Source: an uncultured Phycisphaerales bacterium
GTDB taxonomy: Bacteria > Planctomycetota > Phycisphaerae > Tepidisphaerales > Tepidisphaeraceae
Reading direction: 5' to 3'
Assembly: GCA_963755915.1 (NCBI GenBank)
Contig: CAVWLP010000003.1
Location: forward strand, 320,001-384,000
DNA: 64,000 nucleotides
Shown: positions 1 to 9,929 of the stretch, piece by piece
How the letters are laid out: each line of letters opens with the position of its first letter
How positions within the stretch are numbered: the stretch's first letter is position 1
The notes under the pieces: model-generated
Seen by the model: the letters and a program-made list of their open reading frames with translations, nothing else
What the model was told of the DNA's origin: nothing
The model's database searches: none
Position numbers and translations under genes: made by a program

Positions 1-1427
1 GCGCAGGTCTGAAGGCTGCGGGACACGCAGATTTGCCGGTTCATGACATCGGCGTAAATCTGCATGGCGAGGGGATTGCGCGCGGAAATTCCGCCGCAAT
101 TGACGACGCGGCGCACGGGTACACCATATTCCTCCAGGCGTTCCATGATGACCCGCGATCCCATTGCCGTCGATTCGATTAAGGCTCGATAGATTTCGGC
201 TGGCGAGCTGTGCAGCGTCAGGCCCAAAATCAGTCCGCTTAAGCGCTGATCGACGAGGATCGTCCGATTGCCGTTGAACCAGTCCAAGCAGAGCAATCCG
301 CTCTCTCCCGGCCGAAGTCCCTCGGCGGCGGCCGTCAGTGCCTGGTGCGATCCTGACTCCTCACCGCCTGGCTGAATTTTGCTGACGAACCAGTTGAAAA
401 TATCCCCTACCGCTGATTGGCCGGCCTCCAAGCCAAAATAATTCGGCAGAACCGAGTCCGGCACGATGCCGCACAAACCCGGCACATCCGCGATTGCCCG
501 CGACTTCGGCGCTACCATGATATCACACGTCGAAGTCCCCATGATTTTGACCAATGTTCCGTCGGAAATTCCCGCGCCGATGGCCCCGAGGTGGGCATCG
601 AACGCCCCGATGGCGACGGGTATCCCCTCCGGAAGGTTGAGTTTTCCGGCCCACTCGGCGCTTAGCTTCCCCGCTGCATGGGCCACATTTTCGCATTTCG
701 CCGGCAGCGTCTTGCGAACGCGAACCAGCGCCGAATTCAGCATCCCCAGAAAGGCCTCGTCCGGGTATCCGCCCCACTCCGGGTTGTAAAACGCTTTGTG
801 CCCCGCCGCGCAAACACCGCGGCGAATTTCGTTCGCATCCTTCGCCCCCGTGAGCACTGCCGGAATCCAATCTGCGATTTCAATCCACGTATAAGCCGCC
901 TCAAAAACCGTCGGCTGGGTTCGCGCGCAGCGTAGGAGCTTCGCCCAGAACCATTCCGATGAATATCGCCCCCCGATCTTGCTCATGAATTTCGGGCGAT
1001 GTTTCAGCCCCAGCGCCGTGATCTCTTCCGCTTCGTCGTGAGCGGTGTGATCTTTCCAGAGCCACGCCATCGCATGGGGATTGCCGGCGAAACCCGGGAG
1101 CATCGCCAGGCTTCGCCCTTGCCGGTCCACCGGCATCGGTGTGCTGCCGGTCGTGTCGACCCCGATCCCAATCACGCTATTGGCGGAAAATTCCCCATCC
1201 GTCGCGGCGTGCTCCAGCGCCTGGGTGATTCCGCGCGAAATCGCCTCGAGGTAATCCGCTGGATTTTGGCGAGCGAGGTCGGCATCGGTATCGTCGAGCA
1301 CGACGCCGGCATCGCCGGTGGGATAATCCGCAACGAACGAGGCCAGTTCCCTGCCGTTGCGGACGTCCACGATCAGCGTCCGCATCGAGTTTGTTCCGAA
1401 GTCCAGTCCTATGACGTATCGGCCCAC
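1..1427 (-). CDS. araB: L-ribulokinase (FGGY kinase), runs off the left edge; absent from the ORF track
   Basis: Manual translation from GTG at 1427 (AAGGA upstream): MGRYVIGLDFGT..., GIGVDTTGSTP, WKDHTA, YSSEWFWAK, GAFDAHLGA, KIMGTSTCD, GLEAGQSAVGDIFNWF, LDWFNGNRT. Confidence 0.93.
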   Translation of the reverse strand, partial: MGRYVIGLDFGTNSMRTLIVDVRNGRELASFVADYPTGDAGVVLDDTDADLARQNPADYLEAISRGITQALEHAATDGEFSANSVIGIGVDTTGSTPMPVDRQGRSLAMLPGFAGNPHAMAWLWKDHTAHDEAEEITALGLKHRPKFMSKIGGRYSSEWFWAKLLRCARTQPTVFEAAYTWIEIADWIPAVLTGAKDANEIRRGVCAAGHKAFYNPEWGGYPDEAFLGMLNSALVRVRKTLPAKCENVAHAAGKLSAEWAGKLNLPEGIPVAIGAFDAHLGAIGAGISDGTLVKIMGTSTCDIMVAPKSRAIADVPGLCGIVPDSVLPNYFGLEAGQSAVGDIFNWFVSKIQPGGEESGSHQALTAAAEGLRPGESGLLCLDWFNGNRTILVDQRLSGLILGLTLHSSPAEIYRALIESTAMGSRVIMERLEEYGVPVRRVVNCGGISARNPLAMQIYADVMNRQICVSRSLQTC

Positions 1428-1602
1428 GGACAGATCCTTTCAGAGTGGCAAAAAGACCGAAATTAGTGCAACGGGATAGGATGTCAAGCCGTTGCACCCC
1501 CATTGTTTAGGGGGGCCTCTATTTTTACGGGCCAAGTTGGTTACCTTCGCTCCCCGACTGCCATATTCACAATGGCGAAGATTTGTTTCCGAGGCTCTGG
1601 CG

Positions 1603-2241
1603 ATGCAAGATGAACCCGTGGCGGTTGCGGATTTGCCAAGCCCGGCTGGCAGCGGAAACGATCAAACCGAGCTCGATGAGCGGCAGTGCCGCCAGTGCAT
1701 TGCCGGCGACAACCGGGCCTGCGGGGAGCTTCTCAAACGGTATGAGGCCCGCATCGCACGCCTGATGTGGCGATTTACCCGCAACCGGACCGAGCACGTC
1801 GAACTGGTGCAGGAAACCATGGTGCAGGTTTACACATCCCTCCCGCGATTCCGCTGGGGGAAAGCTCCGCTTGAGCATTGGGTTATGCGGATCGCCACCC
1901 GAACCGGGTATCAGTTCTGGCGTTCCCAGAAACGCCGGCGAAATTTACAGCCCATCGACGAAATCGATCCGCCCGCCCCTGCCGAAGCCGGCCAGATGGA
2001 CGCGACGGCCGCCGCGGCTGCGCTTCACAACCTGCTTGCGGAACTTCCGCGGGCCGACAGGCTCGTCCTCACCCTCATGTATTTCGAGGAGTGTTCGCTG
2101 CGCGAAATCGCCAAACGGGCCGGATGGAACGAAACCATTGTCAAAATGCGCGTCTATCGCGCCCGGCAACGGCTGAAAAAGATGATTGAAGAGAAGAAGA
2201 TGACGGAATTTCTAATGGGAATAAGCCATGGATCCGCTTGA
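1603..2241 (+). CDS. ECF-type RNA polymerase sigma-70 factor
   Basis: Region 2-like ELVQETMVQVY...LEHWVMRIA; region 4 LPRADRLVLTLMYFEECSLREIA...VKMRVYRARQRLK. Confidence 0.9.
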   Translation: MQDEPVAVADLPSPAGSGNDQTELDERQCRQCIAGDNRACGELLKRYEARIARLMWRFTRNRTEHVELVQETMVQVYTSLPRFRWGKAPLEHWVMRIATRTGYQFWRSQKRRRNLQPIDEIDPPAPAEAGQMDATAAAAALHNLLAELPRADRLVLTLMYFEECSLREIAKRAGWNETIVKMRVYRARQRLKKMIEEKKMTEFLMGISHGSA

Positions 2242-2494
2242 CGCCATCGAATCTCTGGCCCGGCTGGCCCGCTGCGAGGAGCCGCCGGGGACGAATATCA
2301 ACGTGGCCGCGGTGCTGCGCGCCGCCGCCAATGCGGAGCCACCCCTTCGCCTCGCGCCGCTGGCCTGGTCGGCCGCCGTTTCAGCGCTGGCGGCCGGAAT
2401 CATTCTCAGCTTCGCCATCCACACCCGCCAGACCACCTCCAGCATCGATTCCATCTCGCCCCTTTTCAACGCTACACAGGTGCAGTTGCCATGA
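2228..2494 (+). CDS. Small single-TM protein, putative anti-sigma factor
   Basis: 88 aa, overlaps the sigma stop, one hydrophobic segment (LAPLAWSAAVSALAAGIILSFAI); function from context only. Confidence 0.55.
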   Translation: MDPLDAIESLARLARCEEPPGTNINVAAVLRAAANAEPPLRLAPLAWSAAVSALAAGIILSFAIHTRQTTSSIDSISPLFNATQVQLP

Positions 2495-3111
2495 CCCAAA
2501 GCAACCCTCCCATCGAACAAATTCTCCCACCGAAGCGCGGCCGCTTCCGCGTCTTGAAGGCGTTGGCCCTCTCCGCGGTCATCTTCCTGGCGGGCGGCGC
2601 CGCGGGGTATGGCGTTTCATGGCTCTGGCATCCACCATTCCCCCCCCCGCCGATGGGGCGGTTTGATCCAGACCCTCCGGTGGGAAGCCTGGTTGATCGT
2701 CTGCGCATCGAGCTCTCGCTCAGCGACGATCAGGCGAAGCACGTCCGGCAGATTTACCAGGACTGCCGGGATGGACTGATGAAAATCCGGGAACAGGTTC
2801 GCCCGCAGTTCAAAGCGCAGTTCGATAAGCTCGATGCGCAGATGAAGCAGGCGCTGAATGCGGACCAGTACCAGCAGTGGAGCGAGCGTTTCCGCAATAT
2901 CCGGGACCAGATGCTCCCCCCGCCCCGCGGCGGTCCAGGAGGCCCCGGCGGTCCAGGCCCGTGGGGTGGACCAGGCGGCCCCGGTGGATTCGGCCCGCAC
3001 GGTCCCCCGCCCGGCGAGGGCGGCCAAGGACAAGGAGGACCGCCCGATAATGGGCCGCCCGGCGGACCGCCGGGAGGACCACAGGGCATGCCGCCTCCTG
3101 GCGGTGGATGA
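2491..3111 (+). CDS. Membrane-anchored periplasmic Spy/CpxP-like helical protein with Gly/Pro-rich tail
   Basis: ATGA overlap; N-terminal TM; LSLSDDQ and LNADQ (LTxxQ-like) motifs; GGP repeats at the C-terminus. Confidence 0.6.
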   Translation: MTQSNPPIEQILPPKRGRFRVLKALALSAVIFLAGGAAGYGVSWLWHPPFPPPPMGRFDPDPPVGSLVDRLRIELSLSDDQAKHVRQIYQDCRDGLMKIREQVRPQFKAQFDKLDAQMKQALNADQYQQWSERFRNIRDQMLPPPRGGPGGPGGPGPWGGPGGPGGFGPHGPPPGEGGQGQGGPPDNGPPGGPPGGPQGMPPPGGG

Positions 3112-3201
3112 GCCGCATCACCTGCGCTGCAATCTATTCGTCAAACCAAAGGAAAACCGTCAGTGCGAAAACGGATCGGAATTCCCCCCTAGGCGTGACG
3201 T

Positions 3202-3360
3202 TTACATCGAGCTGTTCAGCGAGTTCCAGGAGGCCAGCACCTTACCGCCGACCGACCCGATGGTGGCAATCGCCGCCACCACGATCAGCCCTGCGATCAG
3301 GGCGTATTCCAGAACTTCACCGCCCGATTCATCGCGAAGAAAAGAAAAAATGGTTTTCAT
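3202..3360 (-). CDS. flp: Flp-family type IVb pilin (52 aa, below the ORF-track cut-off)
   Basis: MKTIFSFLRDESG|GEVLEYALIAGLIVVAAIATIGSVGGKVLASWNSLNSSM: classic DESG-xxxxEY-ALI Flp motif. Confidence 0.88.
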   Translation of the reverse strand: MKTIFSFLRDESGGEVLEYALIAGLIVVAAIATIGSVGGKVLASWNSLNSSM

Positions 3361-3566
3361 AGCCGCTCAATCGACCGCCCCCATCTTAAGCTTGAAATCA
3401 GAAAATTTCCTTGGTTTTGGCTCGTGTCCACGATCGTAATTAGTGCGGTGCCTCATTGTCGCCATTACTGTTTGATCGTAGCAATCTTGGACGCCACGCC
3501 CCGCGTTTTCACCTTTAACATCATTTCATTCCCGAATTTGCGTCATTGAAAGATGGGGAATATACA

Positions 3567-4648
3567 ATGGCTCTAATGATTAGACCCAGCCAACCAACGC
3601 GTTTCCTTGTGATGAATCGACTTGCATGGATGGCAATTTTAATCCTACTTATGAAGATTAAGACGACCTACGCCGCCGGCGCAGACATCGCCGGCTTCCA
3701 CGCCGATTTCATCGTCGCCCCCGACGGCTCGGGCGATTTCAAGACCGTGCAGGAAGCCGTCAGCGCCGTCCCCTCCGATAACTCTGCCCCAAAGATCATC
3801 TTCATCAAACCTGGAACCTATCACGAGAAGCTTCACATCACCTCCCCGATGATCCACCTCCTCGCCCAGGACCCCGAAAAAACCATCCTCACCTTTGACG
3901 ATTTTGCCCGCAAACCAAACGCCGCCGGCAAGAATATGGGAACCTCCGGGTCCGCCAGCGTCACCATCCGCGCCCCCGGGTTCAACGCCGAAAACATCAC
4001 CTTCGAAAACAGCGCCGCGCCGCGCTCCGTGGTAGGGCAGGCCGTCGCCATCCTCATCTATTCCGACCGCGCCGTCTTCCGCAACTGCCGATTTCTGGGA
4101 AACCAGGACACCCTCTACGCCAACGCCGGCCGCGAATATTTCTACCACTGCTTCATCCGCGGCGACGTCGATTTCATCTTCGGCAACGCTGCCGCCGTCT
4201 TCGACCAATGTGAAATCCAGAGCACCGGCCTCGGTTTCCTCACCGCCCAGTCCCGCACCAGCGACAAGCAAACGACCGGCTACGTGCTCACCGATTGCAA
4301 GCTCACCGCCGTCCCGACTGTCCCCGATGGATCGATTTACCTCGGCCGCCCCTGGCGACCCTATTCCCGCGTCGTCTACCTCCACTGCGAATTGGGCACG
4401 CAGATCAACCCCCGCGGCTGGTCGAAATGGAACCCCACCGACACCGACGCCGACATCAAAGCCTATTACGCCGAATACGCCAACACCGGCCCGGGGCAGC
4501 CACCGACAAACGCGTAAGCTGGTCGCACCAGCTTACGGAGGCCGAGGCCCAGCAATTCTCGAAGGAGAATTTCCTCAAAGGGGACGACAACTGGGCGCCG
4601 TGGAAAGATAACGCAGCCGCAACCCAGCCGGCCGCGACTCAGCCCTGA
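3567..4648 (+). CDS. Pectinesterase (CE8), one frameshift near 4500; start uncertain
   Basis: GDFKTVQEAV, QAVA, GNQDTL, GDVDFIFG, YLGRPW; C-terminus (RVSWSHQLT...NWAP) continues in another frame. Confidence 0.9.
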
Positions 4649-4741
4649 ATGATGTTTTGTGTTTCTGGGCTGCGGGAACGCGCCCGCAAGCGGGGCCGCT
4701 AAACTTGGCGATCGAGGCCTGGTCCGGACATCCGCAACACT

Positions 4742-5341
4742 TTAGACGATTTTGCAGGCCTCATCGAAATCGAGCCGCGGAAAGCGCGGTCGCAGCTTGC
4801 TGTGATCGCCATACCCGATGTTCATGATGAAATTCGATCTGTGCCGTCCATCCGGGAAAAATTCCGCATCGAGCTTGGCATTATCGAACCCGGACATCGG
4901 GCCGCAATCCAGTCCCAGGGCCCGCGCGGCGATGATGAAATACCCCGCCTGAAGCGTCGCATTGCGAAACGCATGGATCCTGGCTCGCTCCGCCGCCTCG
5001 GGCTTGGAAAACATCGCCCCAAACTGCGGGGCGACCGGAAAGAGCTTCGGCACGTGCTCATAAAACTTCTGATCATCGGCGAAGATCGCCGTCACCGGGG
5101 CGGCCATGGTCTTTTCGACGTTCCCCTCCGCAAGCGCCGGCTTGAGCCGCTCCTTGCCCTCTTTCGATTTCACAAAGACGATTCGGAGCGGCATGGTGTT
5201 CGCCGAGGTCGGGCCCATCTTGGCCACGTCATAAGCTTCGCGCAGGAGGCTGTCGTCAACCGGCTTATCCAGCCACGCCACGTGCGTCCGTGCATGGCGA
5301 AAAATCACATCCAGGCACTGCTCTGCAATTCTGCTTGCCAT
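4742..5341 (-). CDS. RutE/YcdI-like nitroreductase (malonic semialdehyde reductase family)
   Basis: ARTH, GPTSANTMPLRIVFV, GNVEKTMAAP, RNATLQAGYFIIAARALGLDCGPMSGFD. Confidence 0.88.
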   Translation of the reverse strand: MASRIAEQCLDVIFRHARTHVAWLDKPVDDSLLREAYDVAKMGPTSANTMPLRIVFVKSKEGKERLKPALAEGNVEKTMAAPVTAIFADDQKFYEHVPKLFPVAPQFGAMFSKPEAAERARIHAFRNATLQAGYFIIAARALGLDCGPMSGFDNAKLDAEFFPDGRHRSNFIMNIGYGDHSKLRPRFPRLDFDEACKIV

Positions 5342-5406
5342 CGATTTTCCTTCCTTCTGGTTGATTGGTTGGACGATAGGCGCAAAGCAATCCAACTTCA
5401 AATACG

Positions 5407-7632
5407 ATGTCGATCAGCTTGAAGCATTCGTTGACGTACCTGTGGCTCTGGATCGCACTGGCAACATTAACAACCCCCCATTGCGCCGTCGCAAAACTAT
5501 TAAACGGCCGCTACGAAATCGGTAGCGGAAACTGGGCTATCAGTTGCAAGTGGCCCGGCTCCGACAAACCCACCCAAGGCTCCGACTCAATCGGAAAATT
5601 CAGCGAAATCAGTCTCAGCACCACCCTGTCCGGCACCCCCGTCCTCGAGCGCATCCGCACCTACGCCGACCGCGCCCTCGCCCTCTTCTCCCTCACCTAT
5701 GAATCCCCCGCCCCCCAACCCGTCGGCCCCTTCCCCGTTTTTGATCGTCTGCCCCGCAATTTCCACGTCATGAGCTACGCGCAAAGACCGCACGCCCCGA
5801 TCGCCTTCGACGGCGAACCGAGCGGCAGCCCCTGGGCGCTCTTCAACGACAACGCCGATACCTTCATCATCTCCCCCGCCTCCCACTTCTTCATCCAAAC
5901 CATTTCCGGAGATTCCCAGCCGGAAATCCGCGGCGAGCTTCGCGAGACCGTCGCCAACATCCCCGCCGGCTTCACCCAGCAAACCCTCGTCGCCTGGGGC
6001 CCCGGCATCAACCGCACCTGGGACGCCTTCGGCCACGGCCTCACCGACCTGCTCGGCAAAATCCGCCCGGCCAACGACAGCGACATCGCCCTCCACTATC
6101 TCGGCTACTGGACCAACACCGGCACCTGGTATTACTACAATTACGATAAATCCCTCGGCTACGCCGGTACGCTCTTATCTATCGCCGACCATTACCGCAA
6201 GGAAAACATCCCTCTCGGCTACATGCAGCTCGATAGCTGGTGGTACCCCAAAAGCTTCACCAAGCAGGACGGCACGGTCCTGGCGGACAAAAATCCCAGT
6301 TTACCCGCCGGCCCCTGGAACCGCAGCGGCGGGCTGCTCGAATACCGCGCCGACCCTGCCGTCTTCCCCGAAGGACTCCCCGCCTTTCAGAAAAAACTTG
6401 GCCTGCCGATCCTCACCCACAACCGTTGGATCGACCCCACCAGCCCCTACCAGCACAAATATAAAATCACCGGCTACGCCGCCCTCGACGCCCGCTATTG
6501 GCAGGAGGTGATCGGCTACGTCCACTCGGCCGGCGGCTTCGGATACGAACAAGATTGGCTCAGCGAAATTTTTGTCCGCTCCCCCGCCCTCTTCCGCACC
6601 GTCGACGCCGGCAGCGAATTCACAGACGCCATGGCCACCGCCGCCGCCGACAATGGGATGACGCTGCAATATTGCATGCCGATCCCCTGCTACTTCCTGC
6701 AAGCCGCCTCCTACCCCAACGTCACCACCATCCGCACCAGCCAGGACCGCCTTCTTCGCGACCGCTGGCACGACTTTCTTTACGGCTCGCGCCTGGCCTA
6801 CTCCGTCGGCGTCTGGCCCTGGACCGATTGCTGCATGAGCACCGAACCCGCCAACCTCCTCCTCGCCGATCTCTCCGCCGGCCCCATCGGCATCGGCGAT
6901 CAGATCGGAACCGAAAACAAGCAGAACATTTTCCAGGCCATCCGATCCGACGGGGTCATCATCAAACCCGATGCCCCGCTTCTCCCTCTCGATTCCACCA
7001 TTATCGCCGAATCCCGCGGCGAAGCCCGCCCCCTCATCGCCGAAACTTATAGCGATCACGAAGGGCTCCGCACGCATTACCTTCTCGCCTACCGCGTCCC
7101 GTTATCGATGGGCCGGGGCCACCTCGACTCTCCCGAGGATCTGCGCCAGCGGGAACGCCTCGACGCCGACGAAAACTCCCCCGTCCGAACCGTTACGATC
7201 TCTATGAAAGAAATCGGGGTAACCGCCCCCGCATATATCTACGACTACTTCGCCAAATCGATTCATCGCCCCGATTCGGGCGGCCGATTCACCGCCCCCT
7301 TGCACCGCGACGGCTTCAACTACTACGTCATCGCCGAGCCCGGCCCCAGCGGCATCGCCCTCTTCGGCGACGAAGACAAATTCATCTCCAGCGGGCGGCA
7401 ACGCATCGCCTCCATCACCGAAACCGCAAAATCGCTTTCCGTGGTGGTCATTTTCGCCCCCGGCGAACAATCCATCCGCCTGCACGGCTGCTCCCCCACC
7501 CCGATCACCGCGGGCGGGAACCTCAAGGTCTCTTACGACTCCGCCTCCGAACATTTCACGGCTGAGGTGCCCCGAAACCAGCAAGCCTCAAAAGACGCGG
7601 TAACCACCGTCGAAGTCACCCTCCAGCGATAA
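5407..7632 (+). CDS. Secreted hypothetical protein, probable clan GH-D-like TIM-barrel glycoside hydrolase
   Basis: Signal peptide; YMQLDSWW, YEQDW, IRTSQD motifs resemble GH27/31/36 strand motifs. Confidence 0.55.
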   Translation: MSISLKHSLTYLWLWIALATLTTPHCAVAKLLNGRYEIGSGNWAISCKWPGSDKPTQGSDSIGKFSEISLSTTLSGTPVLERIRTYADRALALFSLTYESPAPQPVGPFPVFDRLPRNFHVMSYAQRPHAPIAFDGEPSGSPWALFNDNADTFIISPASHFFIQTISGDSQPEIRGELRETVANIPAGFTQQTLVAWGPGINRTWDAFGHGLTDLLGKIRPANDSDIALHYLGYWTNTGTWYYYNYDKSLGYAGTLLSIADHYRKENIPLGYMQLDSWWYPKSFTKQDGTVLADKNPSLPAGPWNRSGGLLEYRADPAVFPEGLPAFQKKLGLPILTHNRWIDPTSPYQHKYKITGYAALDARYWQEVIGYVHSAGGFGYEQDWLSEIFVRSPALFRTVDAGSEFTDAMATAAADNGMTLQYCMPIPCYFLQAASYPNVTTIRTSQDRLLRDRWHDFLYGSRLAYSVGVWPWTDCCMSTEPANLLLADLSAGPIGIGDQIGTENKQNIFQAIRSDGVIIKPDAPLLPLDSTIIAESRGEARPLIAETYSDHEGLRTHYLLAYRVPLSMGRGHLDSPEDLRQRERLDADENSPVRTVTISMKEIGVTAPAYIYDYFAKSIHRPDSGGRFTAPLHRDGFNYYVIAEPGPSGIALFGDEDKFISSGRQRIASITETAKSLSVVVIFAPGEQSIRLHGCSPTPITAGGNLKVSYDSASEHFTAEVPRNQQASKDAVTTVEVTLQR

Positions 7633-7688
7633 AAAATGGTCAAATTTTGCATTCAACCACCGTTGTCTATAATCGCCGCACGAGTTTC

Positions 7689-8777
7689 ATGAACACCCAA
7701 CCGGAACTTGAGTTAAGCGCCCGAGCAACCCCCGCGCGTTCTCGTCGTGGCCTGCCCCGACTCCAGGAACTCGGACTCGTCATCGTGATTCTCATCATGG
7801 GCTTGGGCCTCAGCATCTGGGGATACACGCAGGCCGCCCCCGGCGAGCAAAATCTCTTTCTCAATCCCGGCAACCTACTCGATGAGATTGCCACCCCCGC
7901 CTCCTACTACGCCATCATGGCCGTGGGCATGACGCTGGTCATCATCTCCGGGGGCATCGACATCTCCGTCGGCTCGACCATGGCCCTGTCGGCCTTCACC
8001 ACCGCGCGGATCATCCAGTATTTCCCGAGCAATGCCCCGGCCTGGCAGGTTCTGCCCGCCGCGATGTTCCTGCCGATGGGCGTGGGCCTGCTTTGCGGAC
8101 TGCTCAACGGAATCCTGATTGTCGGCCTCAACATCCACCCCTTCATCGTCACGCTGGGCACGATGAGCATCCTGCGCGGCATTACCGTCGTCACGACGAA
8201 GCTGCAGGAAATCCCTATGCAGGATCACCAGATCCCCGCCGCCTTCACGGATCATTTCATGCGGCTGGAAATCATGGGCCAGCGCCCGATGCCGATGGTC
8301 GTCATGCTGGTCGTCACGGCCATCGCCGGTTTTTATCTATCGCAAACCGCCGGTGGGCGGGAAATTTACGCCGTTGGCGGTAACGAAGAAGCGGCGCGGT
8401 TCAGCGGGCTGCGGACGAACCTCATCAAGCTGCGCGTCTACGCCGTCGCCGGACTTACCGCGGGAATCGCCGGGATGGTGTGGCTGGGACGCTTTGGCGC
8501 TACTTCCACCGGCTCGGGAACCGGATATGAGCTGACGGTGATCGCGGCCGCCGTCGTTGGCGGCGCCAGCCTTACCGGGGGCAAGGGGACGGCGCTGGGC
8601 GCGCTCCTTGGAACCATCATCATCGCCATGATTCAGGACGGAATTATCACCCTGCATTGGAAAACGGAATATCAGCTCATCATCGTGGGCAGCGCGATCA
8701 TCGTCGCGGTCGCCATCGATTCGATCAGCGAATATTTCCGGCAACGCCGACTGGCAGGGGCGAAATTATCCATCTGA
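7689..8777 (+). CDS. Monosaccharide ABC transporter permease (RbsC-like)
   Basis: GMTLVIISGGIDISVGS, PFIVTLGTMSILRG, GREIYAVGGNEEAARFSG, YELTVIAAAVVGG. Confidence 0.92.
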   Translation: MNTQPELELSARATPARSRRGLPRLQELGLVIVILIMGLGLSIWGYTQAAPGEQNLFLNPGNLLDEIATPASYYAIMAVGMTLVIISGGIDISVGSTMALSAFTTARIIQYFPSNAPAWQVLPAAMFLPMGVGLLCGLLNGILIVGLNIHPFIVTLGTMSILRGITVVTTKLQEIPMQDHQIPAAFTDHFMRLEIMGQRPMPMVVMLVVTAIAGFYLSQTAGGREIYAVGGNEEAARFSGLRTNLIKLRVYAVAGLTAGIAGMVWLGRFGATSTGSGTGYELTVIAAAVVGGASLTGGKGTALGALLGTIIIAMIQDGIITLHWKTEYQLIIVGSAIIVAVAIDSISEYFRQRRLAGAKLSI

Positions 8778-8803
8778 CCAACCACCAACTGCGGAGGAAC
8801 TCC

Positions 8804-9899
8804 ATGCGCACGCTCACCAGAATTTTTCTCGCTCTCACCGCCGGCTGCCTCATCGCCGCCGCCGGCTGTTCCAAGGCCGCCGCGCCCACACCCACCGGCG
8901 ACCGCCGCCCCCACGCGAACGATTCGCATCGGCATGATCGCCAAAAGCGAATCCAACGACGTCTTCCAGGCCGCCCACACTGGAGCGGTCGATGCCGCAC
9001 AGGAGCTGAGCGCGAAGGACGGCATTGATGTGGAGATCGAATGGCGCACGCCTCCGAACGAAGATCCCGCCGCTCAGGCGGACGCCATCGCTTCGCTCAC
9101 CAATGAAAAGGTTGACGCCATCCTCGTCTCCTGCTCGGCGGCGCAAATGCTCACGCCGGCGATCAATGACGCGATCGACAAAGGCGTTCTCGTCGCTTGC
9201 TTCGATTCCGATGCACCGCAGAGCAAGCGCTTCTGCGACTACGGCACCGACGATGCGCAGCTCGGCCACCTGCTCATGTCGGAGCTCGCCCGGTACATGG
9301 GCGAAAAAGGGACCATCGCCATCCTCGGCGGAAATCAGACGGGGCCCAATCTGCAGAAGCGCATCAAAGCCGTCCGCGATGAACTGGCGAACTACCCCAA
9401 CATGCACGAGCTGAACAACGGCAACGGCGTCTTCTACCACCAGGAGGAACCCGGCGCTGCCGCCCAGGCCATCAGCCAGGCCATGGCCGCCAACCCGGGC
9501 AAGATCGACGGCTGGGTCTTCGTCGGTGGCTGGCCGCTCTTCACGGAAAACGCCCTCACCTGGCCAGTGCCGGGCTCGATCAAGGTCGTCTCCTGCGATG
9601 CACTGCCCAAGTGCCTCACCTATCTCCGCAACGGGTACGTCAACGAACTGATTTCGCAGGACTGCTACGGGTGGGGGCACCGCACCGTTGAAATCGTGGT
9701 GGACAAGATCCTCAACGGCAAAGACCCGGACGGAATGGATCCGACCACCCACACCATCGCCAATCCGCTTACGCTGGTAACGAAGGATCCGCCTGATCCG
9801 AGCCTGGCCGTCCCGGCTAACACGAAGCGCATGGCCGTGGATGATTTCGCCGGGTATTGGAACCAGTGGTTGAAGACGACCGCGACGACGCAGCCATAG
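8804..9899 (+). CDS. Sugar ABC substrate-binding lipoprotein (RbsB-like), frameshift near 8900-8920
   Basis: GGAGG RBS, lipobox LIAAAG-C in one frame; binding domain (CFDSDAP, GTDD) in the 8934-9899 frame. Confidence 0.85.
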
Positions 9900-9929
9900 T
9901 CGAATAGGGCAACATTCAGCAGAATAAGC

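Noticed and set aside
417-1503. Short ORFs listed in the first 1.5 kb
   Set aside because: Shadows of araB, which the track missed because it runs off the window
2915-3108. Collagen-like domain
   Set aside because: The Gly-X-Y register is short and repeatedly broken; better read as a disordered Gly/Pro tail
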